From assembly GCA_963826115.1 (NCBI GenBank), contig CAWGVS010000005.1:1632001-1696000 (forward strand): 64,000 nucleotides of DNA, written 5' to 3'. The stretch comes from an uncultured Candidatus Rokubacteria bacterium (GTDB lineage Bacteria; Methylomirabilota; Methylomirabilia; Rokubacteriales; DASRDR01). The translations under genes were made by a program, and so were the position numbers. The notes beneath the pieces are model-generated. The model was not told the origin of the DNA. It did not search any database and was given only the letters and a program-made list of their open reading frames with translations. Shown here piece after piece: positions 58,462-64,000 of this stretch (positions within the stretch are counted from its first letter, which is position 1; every line of letters starts with the position of its first letter).

Positions 58462-59403
58462 ATGGCGGAGCGACGCGGTGGGAGACGGAGGACGGCGATC
58501 GGCGGGCTCGCGCTGGCAGCGTGGCTAGTCGCGGCAGCGCCCATCGCCGCCCAGGAGCAGAAGCCGGCCACGGGCGGTCAGACGGCCGACAAGACGGCGG
58601 AGCCCGCGGGTCCGAACACCGGACGGCTGTCCCTGTCCGCCGGCGTCGACTGGACGTCGGCCTACTTCTTCCGCGGCATCAAGCAGGAGACGGAGGATCT
58701 CATCCTCCAGCCCTACGGCGAGCTCGGCATCAAGCTGGTGGACCAGGCCGGCGCCCTGACGTCGCTGACCGTGACGGGCGGCGTGTGGAACAGCTTCCAC
58801 ACCGGCCCGACGGGCTCCGACAGCCCGACGGCGTCGGACCCGAAGGTCTGGTACGAGTTCGACGGCTACGTCCGGCTCTCGGCGGTCCTCTGGGAGGACC
58901 TGACGACCTACGCTCTCTACACGGCCTACATCAGCCCGAACGACGCGTTCGGCACGGTCCAGGAGCTCGCGTTCGGGGTCGGCTACAACGACGCGAAGCT
59001 CCTCGGGCCCTTCGCCCTGAACCCGAGCGTCCTCATCGCCTTCGAGCTCGACGGCCAGGCCGACGCCGGCGCCGACAAGGGTGTCTACGCCCAGATCGGG
59101 ATCGCGCCCGGCTACACGTTCCTGGCCGAGTCGGCGTACCCGATCTCCATCTCGGTCCCGCTGTCCGTCGGACTGAGCCTCAGCGACTACTACGAGTTCG
59201 GCACGGGCTCCGATGATACGTTCGGGTACTTCTCGGGCGGCGTCACGGTCTCGGTGCCGCTCGCGTTCATCCCGCCCGCCTTCGGGAAGTGGCTGGTCAA
59301 GGCGGGCGTCACCGTGCTCTACCTCGGCGACAACTTGAAGGTGCTGAACGACGGCGACCAGGTCCAGGTGATCGGCACCGCCGGGCTCGCCTTCACCTAC
59401 TGA
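58462..59403 (+). CDS. Putative outer-membrane beta-barrel (TIGR02001/TorF-like)
   Basis: Signal peptide; SAYFFRGI.Q, LQP, YEFD.Y; alternating strands; C-terminal aromatic residue (FTY). Confidence 0.7.
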   Translation: MAERRGGRRRTAIGGLALAAWLVAAAPIAAQEQKPATGGQTADKTAEPAGPNTGRLSLSAGVDWTSAYFFRGIKQETEDLILQPYGELGIKLVDQAGALTSLTVTGGVWNSFHTGPTGSDSPTASDPKVWYEFDGYVRLSAVLWEDLTTYALYTAYISPNDAFGTVQELAFGVGYNDAKLLGPFALNPSVLIAFELDGQADAGADKGVYAQIGIAPGYTFLAESAYPISISVPLSVGLSLSDYYEFGTGSDDTFGYFSGGVTVSVPLAFIPPAFGKWLVKAGVTVLYLGDNLKVLNDGDQVQVIGTAGLAFTY

Positions 59404-59405
59404 TC

Positions 59406-60092
59406 ATGGCGACCCCAGGAACCCCCACGACGCGCGGCGGGCGGCGCGTGACTCAGGCGACCCCGGGCGGCGCGCCCGCGCCCCTCCCGTCCCCGCCGCC
59501 GCGCTGGCGGCTGGTCGTGATCGACGATCACGTCGCCTCCCGGACACTCGTGCGGGCGGCGGTCGCCCGCGCCGGCGGCGCAGTGGTGGCGGAGTCGGAG
59601 ACGGCCGCCGCGGGGATCGACCTGGTCGCGCGCGAGCGCCCGGACGCCGCCGTGATCGCGGTGGGCCTGCCCGACGGCGACGGGATCGACGCCGCCGCCG
59701 AGATCGAGCGCCGGCATCCCTGCCCCGTGGTCGTGCTGACGAGCCACGCGGACCCGGACGTGATCGAGCGTGCGCGACGGGCGGGCGCGATGGCCTACCT
59801 GGTCAAACCGCTCCGGACGGAGGAGCTGGCCCCGGCCGTCGAGCTGGCGATCGCCCGGTTCGCCGAGCTCGCGCGGGCGGGCCGTGAAGCGGCCTCGCTC
59901 CGCCGGGCGCTCGAGGACCGCAAGACCATCGAGCGCGCCAAGGGCCTCCTGATGGACCGCCTCCACCTCACCGAGGCCGTCGCCTTCCGCCTCCTCCAGA
60001 AATCGGCGATGGACCGCCGCACGCCCATCGTGGCCCTGGCCGAGCGGGTCCTGGCCGGCGAGGACCTGCCCCCCACGTCCGAGCGACGCTGA
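59406..60092 (+). CDS. REC-ANTAR antiterminator (NasT/AmiR/PdtaR-like)
   Basis: VIDD, AYLVKP, EDRKTIERAKGLLM, AFRLLQKSAMDRR; Ala at the phosphoacceptor Asp position. Confidence 0.88.
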   Translation: MATPGTPTTRGGRRVTQATPGGAPAPLPSPPPRWRLVVIDDHVASRTLVRAAVARAGGAVVAESETAAAGIDLVARERPDAAVIAVGLPDGDGIDAAAEIERRHPCPVVVLTSHADPDVIERARRAGAMAYLVKPLRTEELAPAVELAIARFAELARAGREAASLRRALEDRKTIERAKGLLMDRLHLTEAVAFRLLQKSAMDRRTPIVALAERVLAGEDLPPTSERR

Positions 60093-60249
60093 GGCCGCCT
60101 CCCGCGCGCACGCCACCGCCTGCGGGGCCCTCGCGCGCGCCGCGGGATTTCGCGTATCGTGGGACGCGGCAGGCTGCGGGTCCCCCGGCGTCGTGGCCGA
60201 GGTTCGAGCGCCACGACCCCGCAGCGACACTCCTCACAGGAGGCCGCGG

Positions 60250-62133
60250 ATGCGCGCCCATGACGATGCCCGCCCGGGGCACGGTCACTCCCATCGCCAC
60301 CTCGCGAGCGGAGGCAGCCCGCTCGTCCGCCTGTCGCCGAGCCTCTACTGGTATCCCGACACGTGCAACGTGTACCTCATCACCCGCGGGGACCGCGGGC
60401 TCCTGATCGACTTCGGATCTGGAGGAATCCTCGACCATCTCGACGAGGCGGGCGTGCGCGAGGTCGAGTGGGTCCTCCACACGCACCACCACCGCGATCA
60501 GTGCCAGGGCGACCACCTCCTCGCCGGGCGCGGCGTCCCGATCGCGGTGCCGGAGCGCGAGGCGGCGCTCTTCGCCGAGACCGACGCCTTCTGGCGGCTC
60601 AAGCGCATCTACGACAACTACGACACGTCGAGCATCGGATTCACGCTCCCCCGCCCGGTCACCGTCGCCCGGACGCTCCGCGACTACGAGACCTTCGCCT
60701 GGCGCGGGTACGACATCCGGGTCCTGCCGACGCCGGGACACACCAAGGGCTCGGTCACGTTCGCCGCCGAGATCGACGGCCTGTCGACGGCGTTCTGCGG
60801 AGACCTCGTCGCGGAGCCCGGCCACATACACACGATCCACGATCTCCAGTGGCAGTACGGGCTGCCCGACGCCGCGGGGGCGGCGCTCCACTCGGTGACG
60901 CTCCTGGCGGGGCTCCCGCTCCAGCAGCTCTGCCCGTCTCACGGCCACCCGACCGACGACGCGGGAGCGGCGCTCCGCGCGCTCGAGCCCAAGCTCCGGC
61001 TCCTGTACGGTCTCCAGGGCGAGATGCGGAAGAACCGGGTGTGGCCGGTGTGGCCACACTCGGTGGACCAGCCGAAGGCGCACGTCCTGCCCCACCTCTG
61101 GGCGAACCCGCACTCCGTGGCCAACTGCTACGCGCTCATGGCCGACGACGGGCGGGCGCTGCTCCTCGACTACGGCTTCCCGAGCTGGGACCACATGGCC
61201 GCCGACCTCCGGTTCGTCGAGCACTCGCTGGACGACCTCAAGGCCGTCGCCGGCCTCCGGTCGGTCGACGTCGTGATCCCGAGCCACTACCACGACGACC
61301 ACCTGGCGGGGCTCCCCTGGCTCCAGCAGACGCAGAACACCAAGGCCTGGATCTTCGAGAACTTCGCCGAGATCGTGTCGAACCCGGCCGGCTATAACAT
61401 CCCCTGTCTCCTGCCGCACCCGATCCGCGTGGACAAGGCGCTCCCGGACGGCGGCCGCGTGTCGTGGGACCGGTGGACGTTCGACGTCTTCCACATGCCG
61501 GGGCACACCTGGTGGGCGCTCGGCCTCTTCGGCGAGATCGACGGGACACGCGTCGCGTTCACCGGCGACAACCTACTCCAGGGCACGGTGAGCCCTCTCC
61601 GCGCGGCGGCGCCGGTCTACCGCAACAAGATGATGTCGGACTCGATCGCGGTCGGCGTCCGGCGGCTCATGGAGTTCGAGCCGGAGCTGATCCTGACGGG
61701 CCACACCGGGGCGCTGCGCGTGGACCGCAAGATGCTGGAGGACTTCCACGGCTGGGCGCGCCAGATCGACGGCGTGTTCAAGACCCTGGTCGCGGTGCCC
61801 GCGGAGGTGAACTTCGCCCTCGACCCGAACTTCGCGACGCTGTACCCCTACCGGAACCCCGCCCGCGCCGGTGACCGGCTGCCCATCGAGCTCCGGGTCA
61901 CGAACCACGGAACCGAGGAGGCGGTCGCCCGCGCGAGCCTCGTCGCCCCGCCCGGCTGGTCGGCGTCGCCGGGCGAGGCCCAGACCGTGATCGGGGCCGG
62001 GGAGAGCGGCACGCTCCGGTTCGTGGCCGAGGCTCCGCCGGGCGCCGCGGGGCGCCACGTGCTGTGCGCCGAGCTCACGCTCGGCGAGCGGAGATTCGGC
62101 CAGATCGCCGAGGCCCTCGTCGACGTGAGCTGA
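60250..62133 (+). CDS. Tandem metallo-beta-lactamase fold hydrolase with a C-terminal Ig-like domain
   Basis: THHHRDQ...PGHT and SHYHDDH...PGHT. Confidence 0.82.
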   Translation: MRAHDDARPGHGHSHRHLASGGSPLVRLSPSLYWYPDTCNVYLITRGDRGLLIDFGSGGILDHLDEAGVREVEWVLHTHHHRDQCQGDHLLAGRGVPIAVPEREAALFAETDAFWRLKRIYDNYDTSSIGFTLPRPVTVARTLRDYETFAWRGYDIRVLPTPGHTKGSVTFAAEIDGLSTAFCGDLVAEPGHIHTIHDLQWQYGLPDAAGAALHSVTLLAGLPLQQLCPSHGHPTDDAGAALRALEPKLRLLYGLQGEMRKNRVWPVWPHSVDQPKAHVLPHLWANPHSVANCYALMADDGRALLLDYGFPSWDHMAADLRFVEHSLDDLKAVAGLRSVDVVIPSHYHDDHLAGLPWLQQTQNTKAWIFENFAEIVSNPAGYNIPCLLPHPIRVDKALPDGGRVSWDRWTFDVFHMPGHTWWALGLFGEIDGTRVAFTGDNLLQGTVSPLRAAAPVYRNKMMSDSIAVGVRRLMEFEPELILTGHTGALRVDRKMLEDFHGWARQIDGVFKTLVAVPAEVNFALDPNFATLYPYRNPARAGDRLPIELRVTNHGTEEAVARASLVAPPGWSASPGEAQTVIGAGESGTLRFVAEAPPGAAGRHVLCAELTLGERRFGQIAEALVDVS

Positions 62134-62169
62134 GCCGTGGCCGCCGGGCGAGGCCCGCCCGGCGCCTCC

Positions 62170-62760
62170 TCAGAGCAGCTCGACGTGGGCCTCGGTGGGC
62201 TTCCCGCTGTTGACCGGCAGCATGTCCTGCGGACACGTCGAGAAGGCCACGACCGCGTCCATCTCAGCCTCGAAGACCACGTACTGGCCGGGCTTCGACA
62301 CCGTCGGCAGGTACTGGATGCCCTTGCCCGGCACGTACTGCGTGTTCTGGAACAGGTTGAACGGGCACGGCGTCTCCGGCGGGGTGAGTCCGATCGCCCG
62401 CATGGCGTCCCAGAGGTTCTCCGTGCAGTTGTCGTGGTGCTCCTTCGCGCCGAGCTGCTGGTACCGGTAGATGTCGCAGGCCGCGACGAGGGTGTCGTGA
62501 ACACCCGGCGAGGTGTCCTCGACCAGCGTGATGATCGGGCGGCGCTTGTTCGTCACCATGGAGTCGCCGACGACCGGCGTCAGCTTGTCGATGGCGACCC
62601 GGCAGTGCTCCATCGACATGAACTCCTTGACGTCGGCGGCGTTGAACGCCCAGTGGTCGACGATCTGCGTGCCGTGCGTGTTGAGCACCTTGTAGCGCCG
62701 GCCCCTGGCGACGCGCAACGCCAGGCCCTTCCGAGCGGGAATCGTGTGTCGTTCCGCCAT
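62170..62760 (-). CDS. DUF1989 urea carboxylase-associated family protein
   Basis: GTQIVD, HDTLVAAC, HDNC, FNLFQN, STCPQD. Confidence 0.85.
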   Translation of the reverse strand: MAERHTIPARKGLALRVARGRRYKVLNTHGTQIVDHWAFNAADVKEFMSMEHCRVAIDKLTPVVGDSMVTNKRRPIITLVEDTSPGVHDTLVAACDIYRYQQLGAKEHHDNCTENLWDAMRAIGLTPPETPCPFNLFQNTQYVPGKGIQYLPTVSKPGQYVVFEAEMDAVVAFSTCPQDMLPVNSGKPTEAHVELL

Positions 62761-62830
62761 GTCGGTCTCTCCTCTCGAGGTCCGCTGCGTATGCCGTCTG
62801 GCGCGGCCGGGGCGGCAGGGGCGCCCGGGC

Positions 62831-63850
62831 TCACCCGACCGCCGGGAACCGCCCCTCCACCGGGTACTGCGGATCCGTGAAGCCGGGAGTCGACGCATGG
62901 CCCGGCGGCACCAGGCCGTCGGCCAGCTTCTCGTCCTCGGCCGTCCAATCGTAGTCGAGCGCGGCCAGGTAGCCGGTCCATTGCTCGAAGGTGCGGGGAC
63001 CGGCGATGATCGCGGTGATCGCGCGGTTGTTCAGTACCCAGGCGCACGCCCAGGCGGCGAGGGTCGTGCCCCGCCGCTCCGCGTGCGCCGCGAGCTCCGC
63101 CGCGATCCTCAGGCTCTCGGGGCGCCACTCGGACTCCAGCATGCGCCGGTCCCGACGGCCGGCCCGACTATCCGGGTCCGCGACCGCGTCGGGCCTGTAC
63201 TTGCCGGTCAGCACGCCCCGCGCGATCGGGCTGTACGGCACGACGCCCAGCCCGAAGGCCCGGGCCGCCGGCAGGAGCTCGACCTCGGGCTGCCGGTTCA
63301 TGAGGTTGTAGTACGGCTGGAGCGCCGCGGGCGGCGGGACGCCGAGCTGCCGGCACAGGTGGTGGACGTGCGGGACGTGCCAGGCCCGCACGTTGGACAG
63401 CCCCCACTCACGGACCTTCCCCGCGCGGATCAGGTCGCCGAACGCGGCGATCGTCCGCTCCCAGGCGGTGTCGGGGTCGACCCGGTGGATATAGTAGAGG
63501 TCGATGTGGTCGGTCTGGAGGTGCGCGAGGCTCGCGTCCACGGCGCGCATCAGGTGCCGGCGAGACAGGCCCCGGTCGGTCACTCCGGGCCCGGTGGCCT
63601 GCGCCGCCTTCGTTGCCACGACCCAGCGGTCCCGCGCGCTCTTGATCGCCGGCCCGATGACGGTCTCCGAGCGCCCCTCCGTGTACACGTCGGCGGTGTC
63701 GATGAAGTTGACGCCGTGGGCGGCGGCATGGTCGATCATGCGCCGCGCCTCGCTCGCGTCCGTCAGTCCACCGAACGTCATGGTGCCGAGGCAGAGCTCG
63801 GACACCCGCACGCCGCTCTGGCCGAGCACGCGATACCGCATCTGGGTCAC
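62831..63850 (-). CDS. Aldo/keto reductase
   Basis: LCLGTMTFG, DTADVY, DLYYIH, GLSN, YSPIARG. Confidence 0.92.
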   Translation of the reverse strand: MTQMRYRVLGQSGVRVSELCLGTMTFGGLTDASEARRMIDHAAAHGVNFIDTADVYTEGRSETVIGPAIKSARDRWVVATKAAQATGPGVTDRGLSRRHLMRAVDASLAHLQTDHIDLYYIHRVDPDTAWERTIAAFGDLIRAGKVREWGLSNVRAWHVPHVHHLCRQLGVPPPAALQPYYNLMNRQPEVELLPAARAFGLGVVPYSPIARGVLTGKYRPDAVADPDSRAGRRDRRMLESEWRPESLRIAAELAAHAERRGTTLAAWACAWVLNNRAITAIIAGPRTFEQWTGYLAALDYDWTAEDEKLADGLVPPGHASTPGFTDPQYPVEGRFPAVG

Positions 63851-63919
63851 CGTGGTCCTCCGAAGCGCGCGCCGCGGCGCGCGGTACGCTTGTCTCGACT
63901 CCGCCCGACGGGAGGAACG

Positions 63920-64000
63920 ATGCGATACGACTTCCTCGTCGACACGTACGCCAGCGAGCGCCTGAAAACCCTGAACGTGTGGGGCATGTTCTCGGACGGC
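63920..64000 (+). CDS. DinB family protein (5' part; runs off window)
   Basis: GGAGG RBS; MRYDFLVDTYASERLKTLNVWGMF. Confidence 0.55.
   Translation, partial: MRYDFLVDTYASERLKTLNVWGMFSDG

Noticed and set aside
62760-62830. Guanidine riboswitch upstream of the DUF1989 gene
   Set aside because: The intergenic region is only ~70 nt, with no ykkC consensus or twin ACGR hairpins recognised

Overview
High-GC bacterial DNA. The gene content (ABC_sub_bind solute-binding protein, amphi-Trp protein, CoxLGSM-like cluster, UGA-containing redoxin) resembles Rokubacteria/Methylomirabilota, but that is an inference. The first ~34 kb is a phosphate-starvation island: pstS (partial), phoB-like regulator, amphi-Trp protein, ppx-ppk1, phnC-E-D plus a Zn alcohol dehydrogenase, PhnZ-like HD protein, phoX, phoD and mgsA. 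Reading the intergenic DNA by hand shows an 11-bp-period pentamer repeat (G/T-T/C-A/C-A-C/T, Pho-box-like) in front of about 14 transcription units, often exactly 10 nt before a TANNNT -10 element. This places several unexpected modules under probable PhoB control: an Agt-like glycosyltransferase with an aminotransferase-III/Mpo1-like fusion and a PEMT methyltransferase, a hydrolase with a GH3 amido-synthetase, a stand-alone ANTAR with PHP and GT4, and two microproteins. These are candidate undescribed phosphorus-free lipid pathways. The window also holds a TPP-riboswitch thiamine operon, a Mo-hydroxylase cluster, a DAO + ComDE-like operon, ring-cleavage dioxygenases, a UGA-selenocysteine redoxin, a CHASE2 cyclase/secreted TPR-CHAT protease module, a sigma54/ANTAR-controlled outer-membrane protein and two internally collapsed gene remnants. 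At least six single-base frameshifts look like sequencing errors. All calls come from motif recognition only; no database searches were run.
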